The position numbers were made by a program, and so were the translations under genes. The notes under the pieces were generated by a model, which saw only the letters and a program-made list of their open reading frames with translations, was not told the DNA's origin and searched no databases. From positions 30,001-62,000 of the forward strand of contig NZ_JAQFIQ010000002.1 of NCBI RefSeq assembly GCF_029504745.1: a stretch of 32,000 bases of DNA, read 5' to 3'. Of the stretch, positions 1-8,262 are shown one piece after another (positions within the stretch are counted from its first letter, which is position 1; the number at the start of each line of letters is the position of its first letter). Source of the stretch: Breznakia sp. PF5-3 (GTDB lineage Bacteria; Bacillota_I; Bacilli_A; Erysipelotrichales; Erysipelotrichaceae).

Positions 1-662
1 TGTTAGTTTTATCAAAAGGTCATGCTGGACCTGGATGGTATAGTACCCTTGCTAATGTAGGGTTTATTGAAAAAGAGATGTTATATACATTAAATGATGG
101 TGGAACAAAACTTCCATCTCACCCAGATAGAACGAAAACTCCTGGTGTCGATATGACAACTGGTTCTTTAGGACAAGGAACTTCTGCAGCTGCAGGCATT
201 GCAACAGGTTTTAGAATGAAAAAATCTGATCAAAATGTGTATTTGATTGTTGGAGATGGTGAACTTAATGAAGGGCAATGTTGGGAAGCATTCCAATATA
301 TTGCACATAATAAATTAAATAATTGTATCGTTTTAATTGATGATAATAAAAAGCAATTAGATGGACCAACATGTGAGATTTGTAATCCATTTAATATTGC
401 TGATAAGATGCGTGCTTTTGGATTCAAAACATATGAAGTTAAAGGTGATGATGAAGAAGCGATTAGCAATGCAATCGATTTGTGTAAAAGTGAGAAAGAT
501 TGTGCAGTATGTATCGTTCTTGATTCAATTAAAGGACAGGGAGTACCATTCTTTGAAGAGATGGATGCAAACCACTCTGTAAAATTTAACACTGATGAAA
601 TCCTTAATGCTACACATGAAGCAATTGAAAAATTAGAAGCATTTGTTAAGGAGGGTGAATAA
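1..662 (+). CDS. Transketolase, N-terminal (TPP-binding) subunit; 5' end outside the window
   Basis: The frame is open from the window edge (from nt 3: LVLSKGHAGPGWYSTLANVGF...) into track ORF 78..662. It carries GDGELNEGQCWEA and LIDDNKKQLDG motifs typical of split transketolase N-subunits. The C-subunit gene starts 2 nt after the stop. Confidence 0.9.
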   Translation, partial: LVLSKGHAGPGWYSTLANVGFIEKEMLYTLNDGGTKLPSHPDRTKTPGVDMTTGSLGQGTSAAAGIATGFRMKKSDQNVYLIVGDGELNEGQCWEAFQYIAHNKLNNCIVLIDDNKKQLDGPTCEICNPFNIADKMRAFGFKTYEVKGDDEEAISNAIDLCKSEKDCAVCIVLDSIKGQGVPFFEEMDANHSVKFNTDEILNATHEAIEKLEAFVKEGE

Positions 663-664
663 TA

Positions 665-1618
665 ATGTTTACATTAGATAGAGAAAATAAAGAGATTAAA
701 GAATTAAAGTTAGCAGTTGTTGAAACCCTTCAAGATATGATGAAAACAAATGATAAAGTTGTTGCTCTTGAAGCCGATTTAGGTGGAGCTAGTGGGTTTT
801 CAAAAATTCAAAAAACAAATCCTGATCGTTTTATAAATGTTGGGATTGCGGAAGCTAATATGGTTGGTGTTGCAGCTGGATTGAGCGTAACTGGCTTTGT
901 TCCATTTATGCATACTTTCGGACCATTTGCATCAAGACGTGTATTTGATCAAGTATTCTTATCAGGTGCTTATGCACACACAACAATGAATATTTATGGA
1001 TCAGATCCTGGATTTACAGTTGGGCCAAATGGTGGAACACATACAACATGGGAAGATGTAGCACTTATGCGTACAATTCCTAATGCAGTTGTTTGTGATG
1101 CTGCTGATTATGTTCAATTGGAATGGATTACTCGTGAATTTGTGAAAATGGAAGGAATCCATTATGTTAGAGCAAACCGTAAAGGTGTAAGAAACGTATA
1201 TAAAGAAGGTTCTACTTTTGAAATCGGAAAAGGAAATATTCTTAAAGAAGGTAAAGATGTATTATTAATTGCAGCTGGACAATTAGTGTCAGATGCATTA
1301 GATGCAGCGGAAGCACTTGAAAAAGAAGGTATTTCTGTAGAGGTTGTTGATATGTTTACTATCAAGCCTATTGATGCTGATTTGATTCTAAAAGAAGTTA
1401 CTGGTAAAAAAGCGGTTGTAACATTTGAAAACCATTCGATTACGGGAGGTTTAGGAAGTGCTGTAGCTGAAGTACTATCAGATAATGCAATTGGAGTAAA
1501 ACTAAAACGTGTAGGTGTAAATGAATTATTTGGACAAGTAGGAACACCAGATTTCCTACAAAAAGAATTTAAACTTACCGCAGATGATTTAGTAAAAGAT
1601 ATCAAAGAAGCTTTATAA
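665..1618 (+). CDS. Transketolase, C-terminal (pyrimidine-binding/C-terminal domain) subunit
   Basis: 317 aa. GIAEANMVGVAAGLS, GPNGGTHTTWEDVALMR and VTFENHSITGGLGSAVAE are characteristic of split transketolase C-subunits. SD AAGGAGGG sits about 8 nt upstream of ATG 665. Confidence 0.92.
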   Translation: MFTLDRENKEIKELKLAVVETLQDMMKTNDKVVALEADLGGASGFSKIQKTNPDRFINVGIAEANMVGVAAGLSVTGFVPFMHTFGPFASRRVFDQVFLSGAYAHTTMNIYGSDPGFTVGPNGGTHTTWEDVALMRTIPNAVVCDAADYVQLEWITREFVKMEGIHYVRANRKGVRNVYKEGSTFEIGKGNILKEGKDVLLIAAGQLVSDALDAAEALEKEGISVEVVDMFTIKPIDADLILKEVTGKKAVVTFENHSITGGLGSAVAEVLSDNAIGVKLKRVGVNELFGQVGTPDFLQKEFKLTADDLVKDIKEAL

Positions 1619-1626
1619 GAGATAAG

Positions 1627-1656
1627 CATTGTAGTGAAAACTACAGTGTTTTTTTT
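1627..1656 (+). terminator. Rho-independent terminator after the transketolase genes
   Basis: Stem CATTGTAGT (1627-1635) pairs with ACTACAGTG (1640-1648): 9 bp including one G-U. The loop is GAAA and a T8 run follows (1649-1656). Confidence 0.8.
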
Positions 1657-1676
1657 GTGGAAAAAGTGATAAAAAA

Positions 1677-1711
1677 CATAGGTTGTTACATAGGTGATGT
1701 AACAACCTATG
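1677..1711. repeat. Perfect 15-bp inverted repeat with a 5-nt spacer (operator or second hairpin/terminator)
   Basis: CATAGGTTGTTACAT (1677-1691), AGGTG, ATGTAACAACCTATG (1697-1711) are exact reverse complements. CTATTTTGT follows. The element lies between the tkt terminator and the WGR operon. Confidence 0.7.
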
Positions 1712-1831
1712 CTATTTTGTATGTAATGTCTATAAGCAAAGAAAAAATGGGAACCAAAAGAAAGTCCACAGCGTCTAAGTTTATAGATGACCTATATATG
1801 ATTATACATACTCTAGAAAGGAAAAATAAAA

Positions 1832-4800
1832 ATGTATTATTATTTAGAATTCAAAGAAGAAGGATCAAATAAGTTTTGGAAGTTAGAGTTAGAAGAGAAT
1901 AGTTATACACTTACTTATGGAAAGATAGGTAGTGCGGGTACTTCGAAAGTGAAGACATTTGAAAGTGCAGAAAAGGCTGAAAAAGATGCCATGAAATTAG
2001 TGGCTGCAAAACGCAAAAAGGGATATGTGGATGCAGAACCTGAAATGACAATGGAATTAAAAAAGAAGCCTAAAGAAACGAAAAAGGTAATTATAGAGAA
2101 ACCTGAAAAGATTCCCTTGCCTTTAAAAGATGATGACAAAATAAAAGCCTGGCATGATGAAGAGTTGGAAGAAGAATTTAAACTATCCAATATGCGTATG
2201 GGAACAAGCAAATCTTCAACAAGTCAAAAAGAAAAGAAAGAAAAAGTAGAAACTGAAGATGGGATGAAAAAGCTGGAAGATTTAATGCTTGCTCATATGA
2301 ATCATAATTTTATAAAGTCTAAAATAGATCGAGAACGGTTGTTTTTAACACTTTGCCAAAAAGGTGAATATGAAGAAGCGAAATTGGTTTATGAAATTGT
2401 AGGGTTTTCAGATAAGGTTTTAAAATCAGCAGTAAAACAGATATTTGAAAATAAAGCATCTTATACACCAACCTTACAATTAGGAAGTTTTATGCTTGTG
2501 GAATGGTTGTATGATTTACTAAATCTGCCATTTGATCAATTTTTGGCACTTATTTCTCAAAAAGATATTCATGTGGATGTTTTAGAAAAATATTATACAT
2601 GTTTAAAAGATACAAAAGCTTTTGGTGAAGCAAAAGAACAGATGTTATCAGTTGTTAAAGAACTTTGTGAAAGTAATGTTTCAATCATTGAAAATACGAT
2701 TAAGGGTGTATGTGATTACGCTAAAAATCATACTGCATTTAATGCGAAAGATATAAATAAACTTGATCAAATAATAAAAGAACAAAAATTTGTTGAAGGA
2801 GCATATGGAATATCTATTGCATTTAAAAAGAATCATTTGTACGTGGGCGTTTTAGGGACATCTTTATCTGGATTTTCAGGTATTTATACAACTTTAAACT
2901 TACATGGTGTTTCAGTGAAGTTTTTTATTGAAATGATAAAAGAAGAACTAACAAAGGCAGTTGAAAAACTGTGGGATGATAACATTTTTGAAGGGCTTTT
3001 CCGCTATACGTGTACGATTGAAGAATGTGAAACAAAAACCGAATTGTTGTACAGAGAAATACCGTCAGAAGAAAGAGATGAATTATTAAAACGCTTAGAA
3101 CATTTAGAAATTAGTGATGATTGGGAAGAAAATATTGAATTGCTTTCTGACGTTGTAGAAGAATGTAAAGCTGGTATTTATATGAAATATGATGAGGACA
3201 GGATTGTAAGTTTAGTATCTCGATATATGAAATCACCAGATTCAAGTGTAAGTGATAGTGCTGAGAATATTATGAGTATGGAAGCGCATAAGCGTACAGC
3301 AAGCGATGCTTGGGTAGAAGCTATGGTTACTTCGTATTGTGATAGAGGACACTTCAAAGAGGCGAGATCAAGATATGTCGATAAAGCAAGGAAAAGAACG
3401 TCACCTGAAGTTACAAACAAGCTTCGTAAGCTTATTAGCTTTAGAGAGAAAAATAATCGTGCATTGATGTCTACGTCAAATAACAATGCAGTAAGTACAG
3501 AGGATATTGATAACGATTATGTTTTATTTGGTAAAGGGTCGCAAATCAAAGATACCTTTTTAGAAACAGAAAATGTTGTTGTTCGTGCAGATGAAGATGG
3601 AAGAATTATGGTTCGCTTTTTGAATGAGGGAGAAGCAGCATATAGTGAAACTTTAGATTTTGTAAATCATTTATTAAGTAAAGGATATGGCAAGATTGGG
3701 CAATATTTTTGTGTACGATTCCTTCATGAACCAATGGCAATTAAACAGGTGGGAACGCTTAAAACTTCATATGGTATAACATATCCATTTAATGATACAC
3801 ATGCCTTTTTCGCAAGAGCAGCACAATATCCTAAATTACGTTCAAAAGTGGAACGTTATGCTTATTTGGCGTTAAAAAAATATGAATGGTATCCAGATCT
3901 TGATGCTGAAGAAAACACGGTACCAGGTACTTTTGCAGCCACAGCATTAGCCTTTTGTGGGGCAGAATATATGCCGGTGGTAATTCATTATGCACATATG
4001 GTAGATGGTGATCATTCAAACCTACATGCAGTGCTTCCTAATGCACTTATTAAACATTATGGACTTATACCAGAAATTGCTCCAGCTATTTTTGCTTTAT
4101 GTATGGCAAATGGGCAAGATTATGATTATAGTATTCCAACAGATCTTTTAGCTAATAAGGAGTTTGCTAAATATATAATGCGTGATATCCACAAATGGGA
4201 GGTTGATGATAGGGAAAAGCAATCTTACTTTACTACAGCTGTAAGAACCATTCTATATAACAGTAGTTATGCAGATGATGGAGTGGAAGCTTTGAACAAG
4301 ATAAAAAAATATATCAATAATAGTGATGATATTCAAACTAGAGGTGGATTAATTGAATTTTATAATTATTATTTGGAGTGTATTAAACAGTATGATGATT
4401 ATGAAGATATAAAACCAATTATTCAACTTAAAGGATATCGTAGAGATGATAATTTGGATGAGGTAGAAAACCATATAGATGCTTCGAAACAAGTGGAATT
4501 AACGTTTGAAGAAAAAGGTGTTGTACTTATGACGATGAGTGAAGCAAAAAAAGCAAAAGTCAATTTTGATGATATGTATGAAAGAAAAGATTTGGATGCT
4601 GTTTTCTATATTAATTCAATTCAAGATGATATTGAAATTCTTGATTACTTTAATAGAACAGCAGTTGAGATAGGATATGAAAACCATACAAGAATGGGAA
4701 AACGTTGTCGTACAGTGTGGACTTGTGGAGCAGATTTTGTATCAAATGGTAAATGGGTAGTTGATACTACGCATATGGGTGCTAATGCTGCAACCATTAT

Positions 4801-5245
4801 ATTCAATGGAAAAAATAAGCCAACTATTTTATATGGATATATGAATTTTGTTGATGCGGTTATAGAGTATAAAACAACAAAACCTACAAGTGAAGAGGAA
4901 ATTGAAACATTACGATTACGGCATCTGAAAAAGCAAGCAACACCTCGAAAATATGATAGCGAATACAAAGAAGCGGAAGAGCTTTTAGATGAGTTGATGT
5001 ATTGCATTATCTATGGGACATTTCCTGCCGCAGACTATAAGATACAACAGTTAGAAGCGAATGATAATTGTTATGTTGAAATGGTGAGGAAGGTTGCTAA
5101 GATTCAAGTGCTGCAACGTGGAGGACGCATTGAAGGCTATGAAGCGTTGTGTGATGAATTATCAAAAATGCAAAGTGATAAGCGTGATTTTTGGCTTGCC
5201 AAGAAAGCTATCGCAAAAACTTTGCAAAAAAATAATATATTATAG
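1832..5245 (+). CDS. Large WGR-domain protein (1137 aa); function unknown beyond the N-terminal WGR domain
   Basis: The first ~68 aa carry the WGR signature (YLEF.EEGSNKFWKLEL...YTLTYGKIGSAGTSKVKTF...KLVAAKRKKGY). A K/E-rich linker follows (aa ~70-160), then a long region that looks mostly helical with no motif I recognise. SD AAAGGA lies 9 nt upstream. The 3.4-kb ORF is uninterrupted. Confidence 0.85.
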   Translation: MYYYLEFKEEGSNKFWKLELEENSYTLTYGKIGSAGTSKVKTFESAEKAEKDAMKLVAAKRKKGYVDAEPEMTMELKKKPKETKKVIIEKPEKIPLPLKDDDKIKAWHDEELEEEFKLSNMRMGTSKSSTSQKEKKEKVETEDGMKKLEDLMLAHMNHNFIKSKIDRERLFLTLCQKGEYEEAKLVYEIVGFSDKVLKSAVKQIFENKASYTPTLQLGSFMLVEWLYDLLNLPFDQFLALISQKDIHVDVLEKYYTCLKDTKAFGEAKEQMLSVVKELCESNVSIIENTIKGVCDYAKNHTAFNAKDINKLDQIIKEQKFVEGAYGISIAFKKNHLYVGVLGTSLSGFSGIYTTLNLHGVSVKFFIEMIKEELTKAVEKLWDDNIFEGLFRYTCTIEECETKTELLYREIPSEERDELLKRLEHLEISDDWEENIELLSDVVEECKAGIYMKYDEDRIVSLVSRYMKSPDSSVSDSAENIMSMEAHKRTASDAWVEAMVTSYCDRGHFKEARSRYVDKARKRTSPEVTNKLRKLISFREKNNRALMSTSNNNAVSTEDIDNDYVLFGKGSQIKDTFLETENVVVRADEDGRIMVRFLNEGEAAYSETLDFVNHLLSKGYGKIGQYFCVRFLHEPMAIKQVGTLKTSYGITYPFNDTHAFFARAAQYPKLRSKVERYAYLALKKYEWYPDLDAEENTVPGTFAATALAFCGAEYMPVVIHYAHMVDGDHSNLHAVLPNALIKHYGLIPEIAPAIFALCMANGQDYDYSIPTDLLANKEFAKYIMRDIHKWEVDDREKQSYFTTAVRTILYNSSYADDGVEALNKIKKYINNSDDIQTRGGLIEFYNYYLECIKQYDDYEDIKPIIQLKGYRRDDNLDEVENHIDASKQVELTFEEKGVVLMTMSEAKKAKVNFDDMYERKDLDAVFYINSIQDDIEILDYFNRTAVEIGYENHTRMGKRCRTVWTCGADFVSNGKWVVDTTHMGANAATIIFNGKNKPTILYGYMNFVDAVIEYKTTKPTSEEEIETLRLRHLKKQATPRKYDSEYKEAEELLDELMYCIIYGTFPAADYKIQQLEANDNCYVEMVRKVAKIQVLQRGGRIEGYEALCDELSKMQSDKRDFWLAKKAIAKTLQKNNIL

Positions 5246-5261
5246 AAAGGACGAGTGAAGG

Positions 5262-8144
5262 ATGAAATATTATTTAGAATCTAGAGAAGAAGGAGCGAAT
5301 AAGTTTTGGAAGTTAGAATTAAAAGGAGATAGCTATACGGTTACTTATGGAAAGTTAGGTAGTGTAGGTACATCTAAGACAAAGGCATTTGATAGTGAAG
5401 AAGCAGCGCAAAAGGCAGCTGAAAAAATGGTAGCAACAAAACGTAAAAATGGATATGAAGATGCTAAAGAATTAAATACAGAGTCACCAACGACAACAAT
5501 AGATGATTTTATGAATGAGTTGATTCCTTTTCTTGAAGAAATGGAAGTGGAATTACAAGAGAAATTTTGGAAGTTTTATGAAGAATCAGGAAAAAGCGAT
5601 TATCATCTTCAATATCATGATGTAACATGGACAGGATTTATTAATAGACTGACAATTACGATTCAGAGCAGTAAAGATAAAAAACGAATACGAAACTATC
5701 TTGAATTTGGTACAGATGAAAAATGGTCATCTTCTATAATGAAGGATTTCTCTGAATTTTATATGCATATTCTAACAGAAGAGAATTTAAAAAACGTCAT
5801 TGGTCCTAAAATTATGGCTTGGTTCCAAGAGCGGATTGATAACGAGAAATTTAATGGTTTCTATAGTGCATATTTGATTGTTACTGTACGTATGTTTGGT
5901 GAAGAAAGCGGATATTATGGAGGGGAAGTTCCTTTAGTAGCAGAAGCAAGAAGAAAGCAAGTTAGAGAGTATGTTGGAAAATGTATTGAAACAAAAGATT
6001 ATAGTGAGTGGAAAAGAATGAAAGATAATCCAGCACACTGGGAATTTTTATGGCTATGGAAAGAAATGGACATAAAGAATCTTAAAGTGTATTTTGAACG
6101 TATTAAAAACTCAGATGGCGGTAGTTCAGGGTTATATTATTCATATCCTAGTCACAAATGGCAATTGGAAGAATTCTATGAATCATTATTAGATGATTCC
6201 ACAATAACATTAGAAGATTGTGAAAAGCTATATTTCTTTAATGAAGAAATAAAAAAGTTTGTTTTTGGATCAAGAGCTACTTGGGATTTTCCATTGGTAA
6301 AGGATGAAGAGTTTATTCCTATTACCAAGCTTTATAAAAAGTTAGGTTTTAATCCTAAAGATGTTATTACTGAAGTAGAGATAAAAGATGTTCCTTTTGC
6401 TGAAGCGGTTTATAATATAATAAGTGAAAATCATGAAATGTATGCAAGTGAATATGTTCGTGAAAGAGAAGATGTCTTTAAAACCAGTCGTCGAACAAAA
6501 GATAAGCCACTTCCAAATTGGAGTAAGGATGGTAAGGCGATAGCATTTATTGAGATTAGCGTATCAGAGAAAAAGGTATACGTGAAAGAAAGGGCATATA
6601 ATTGGTCTTATCATGTAAGTCACCGTGGAGAACAATTTAAGTTTTCTGCAGACTTTGAAAAAGAATATGATCTTGAAGCGGTAAGTGAAGAAGAAAAAAC
6701 AAACTTATTTCATTCGCTTGTAACATATTATCAACCCTTGGTTGAAGAGAATGAAGGAGATTTGTATTTGCCGATTGTAAATATTACACTACTTGTTGGT
6801 GAGCAAGATGAATCTGAAAGTTATTGGGAGAAAGCAAAATACACACAAAACATTCTTAGAGATAACAGTGAAGAGTGGATAGAAACGCTTCAAAAGATGC
6901 ATGATAGTATGATAGAACCTGAGGGGGAAAGAGTACAACCATATTCGAATATGTTAGAGGTGTTCAAATCTATTTATATTAATATCTTTGATTATGATTG
7001 GGCACGTATGTTGTTGTTTATGAAGCAATATGCTACAACCCAATATGGAGTTCATTTTGGTGATTCTATGTTAGGCAGTATGGCACATCATTTAGAAAGA
7101 GAAATGAAAAGATTGTTGGAGCGTAAAGGAATAGCTAATTTAAGGAAAAAAATTACAGCTTCTTTTACACCTGAAGATGTAGATTATATTGCGTTTGCGG
7201 CAGATATGATTAAAAATAATTTAACTGCATCTTATCAAAAGAGCTCTCAGAAATTTGCCGCAATGTTGGAAAAATTGTTGGAGAAAATAGAAGTTGTAGA
7301 AGAGGAAACATACGAAGAAACTACGTATGAAATTGATCAAGAAGAAGAGATGGATGAAGAAGATGTATTCAGCACATACAAAGATGAATTTGTAGAATTA
7401 AAGGCTGCATATAATGAAGATGGTCGTGAAGATTATTTTGAAGAAGGATTTAATAATCGAGGATATGTTAAATGTGTTATTTTAAAAGAAGAAGAACAAG
7501 CTTATAAAACCGCAATTGAATATTTTATTCAAATTATCAAAGATGGATTCCCAGCTCGTTTCAGTTTTGAACTAACTTCTAGTGTTGATGAATATACGCT
7601 TATTTATGAACGTCCTTCTGATGAAAATCCGATATTAAAAGTTGATAGTAATCGCTTCTTTACAGCAGCATTAAAATATCCTGAATTGCGTGATCTTGTT
7701 CGTGAGTATGTAAAGGTTTCAGCTGAAAATATCAATGTTTTAGAGGAATCCGAGATGGAAGATGATGATTCCATTATTGGAAGAAGGCCAGATTTCTTGG
7801 CTATGGCGATACTAGTGTTGAGTGATCCAAGTGGATATGATTTTCTAACAACGTTTGATGACTTTAATGGTTCAGTATATTATGATCAAGGTTATAATGG
7901 TTGTCATGTATTGGTGACTACATTCCTTCGTCAATGTGGAATTAATGATGATAACGTAAAGAATGTGGCAGAATCTATCGACGAAGAAAAAGCAGGATGG
8001 TTTTTAATTGATATGCTTCAGGATTGGGGTTACAAAGATGCGAAATTTGCCAAAGAGAATGCGACTAAATTATTAGCACATGTTGAAGATGATGCAAAAG
8101 AAATGTTAGAGGAAATATTAGAAGACTTAGAAGATGAGGAATAA
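5262..8144 (+). CDS. Large WGR-domain protein (960 aa), paralogue of the upstream gene; function unknown
   Basis: The N-terminal 68 aa are 46/68 identical to the upstream protein by hand count (YLESREEGANKFWKLEL...YTVTYGKLGSVGTSKTKAF...KRKNGY). A second shared module surrounds FFTAALKYPELRDLVREY (compare FFARAAQYPKLRSKVERY upstream). An acidic stretch lies at aa ~672-705 and the C-terminus is acidic. The gap to the upstream gene is 16 nt, with SD AAAGGA. Confidence 0.85.
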   Translation: MKYYLESREEGANKFWKLELKGDSYTVTYGKLGSVGTSKTKAFDSEEAAQKAAEKMVATKRKNGYEDAKELNTESPTTTIDDFMNELIPFLEEMEVELQEKFWKFYEESGKSDYHLQYHDVTWTGFINRLTITIQSSKDKKRIRNYLEFGTDEKWSSSIMKDFSEFYMHILTEENLKNVIGPKIMAWFQERIDNEKFNGFYSAYLIVTVRMFGEESGYYGGEVPLVAEARRKQVREYVGKCIETKDYSEWKRMKDNPAHWEFLWLWKEMDIKNLKVYFERIKNSDGGSSGLYYSYPSHKWQLEEFYESLLDDSTITLEDCEKLYFFNEEIKKFVFGSRATWDFPLVKDEEFIPITKLYKKLGFNPKDVITEVEIKDVPFAEAVYNIISENHEMYASEYVREREDVFKTSRRTKDKPLPNWSKDGKAIAFIEISVSEKKVYVKERAYNWSYHVSHRGEQFKFSADFEKEYDLEAVSEEEKTNLFHSLVTYYQPLVEENEGDLYLPIVNITLLVGEQDESESYWEKAKYTQNILRDNSEEWIETLQKMHDSMIEPEGERVQPYSNMLEVFKSIYINIFDYDWARMLLFMKQYATTQYGVHFGDSMLGSMAHHLEREMKRLLERKGIANLRKKITASFTPEDVDYIAFAADMIKNNLTASYQKSSQKFAAMLEKLLEKIEVVEEETYEETTYEIDQEEEMDEEDVFSTYKDEFVELKAAYNEDGREDYFEEGFNNRGYVKCVILKEEEQAYKTAIEYFIQIIKDGFPARFSFELTSSVDEYTLIYERPSDENPILKVDSNRFFTAALKYPELRDLVREYVKVSAENINVLEESEMEDDDSIIGRRPDFLAMAILVLSDPSGYDFLTTFDDFNGSVYYDQGYNGCHVLVTTFLRQCGINDDNVKNVAESIDEEKAGWFLIDMLQDWGYKDAKFAKENATKLLAHVEDDAKEMLEEILEDLEDEE

Positions 8145-8162
8145 AGTCCTATAATTAGATAA

Positions 8163-8197
8163 GAGTACGATAGTGAAAACTATGGTGCTCTTTTTTT
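8163..8197 (+). terminator. Rho-independent terminator after the WGR pair
   Basis: GAGTACGATAGT (8163-8174) pairs with ACTATGGTGCTC (8179-8190): 12 positions with one mismatch and one G-U. The loop is GAAA and a T7 run follows (8191-8197). Confidence 0.75.
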
Positions 8198-8227
8198 GAA
8201 TGAAAATGATAGATTTATTTTTATTTG

Positions 8228-8236
8228 TGCTATACT
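8228..8236 (+). promoter_or_regulatory. Candidate extended -10 promoter element for the first DeoR gene
   Basis: TGcTATACT matches the TGnTATAAT pattern, 27 nt upstream of ATG 8263. There is no good -35. Confidence 0.35.
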
Positions 8237-8262
8237 GTCAATATATTGAAAAGAGGTATTTT

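Noticed and set aside
230-1629. Antisense and alternate-frame ORFs inside the transketolase genes (230..592 -, 361..582 +, 1162..1629 -)
   Set aside because: They are fully nested in strongly supported CDSs, give low-complexity S/I/L-rich translations and have no SD. These are typical shadow ORFs of AT-rich DNA. The same reasoning applies to the other nested track ORFs: 1915..2211, 3178..3486, 3831..4019, 4645..5007, 9184..9871 set, 9963..10196, 13747..13935, 14759..14995, 15149..15367, 15924..16271, 16912..17202, 20125..20313, 22916..23155, 24773..24955, 25122..25322, 29185..29367, 30017..30557, 31664..31861.
1657-1872. Track ORF of 71 aa (GTG start) between the tkt terminator and the first WGR gene
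   Set aside because: It begins inside the terminator tail, runs straight through the 35-nt palindrome and the likely promoter, has no SD, and overlaps the WGR start codon in another frame. I treat it as non-coding regulatory DNA.
8200-8262. Longer N-termini proposed by the ORF track for several genes (8200, 14435, 16717, 18868, 19627, 25715, 28880)
   Set aside because: In each case a downstream ATG has a properly spaced SD and gives the family-typical N-terminus. The extension either overlaps the previous gene, terminator or promoter, or uses TTG/GTG without an SD.
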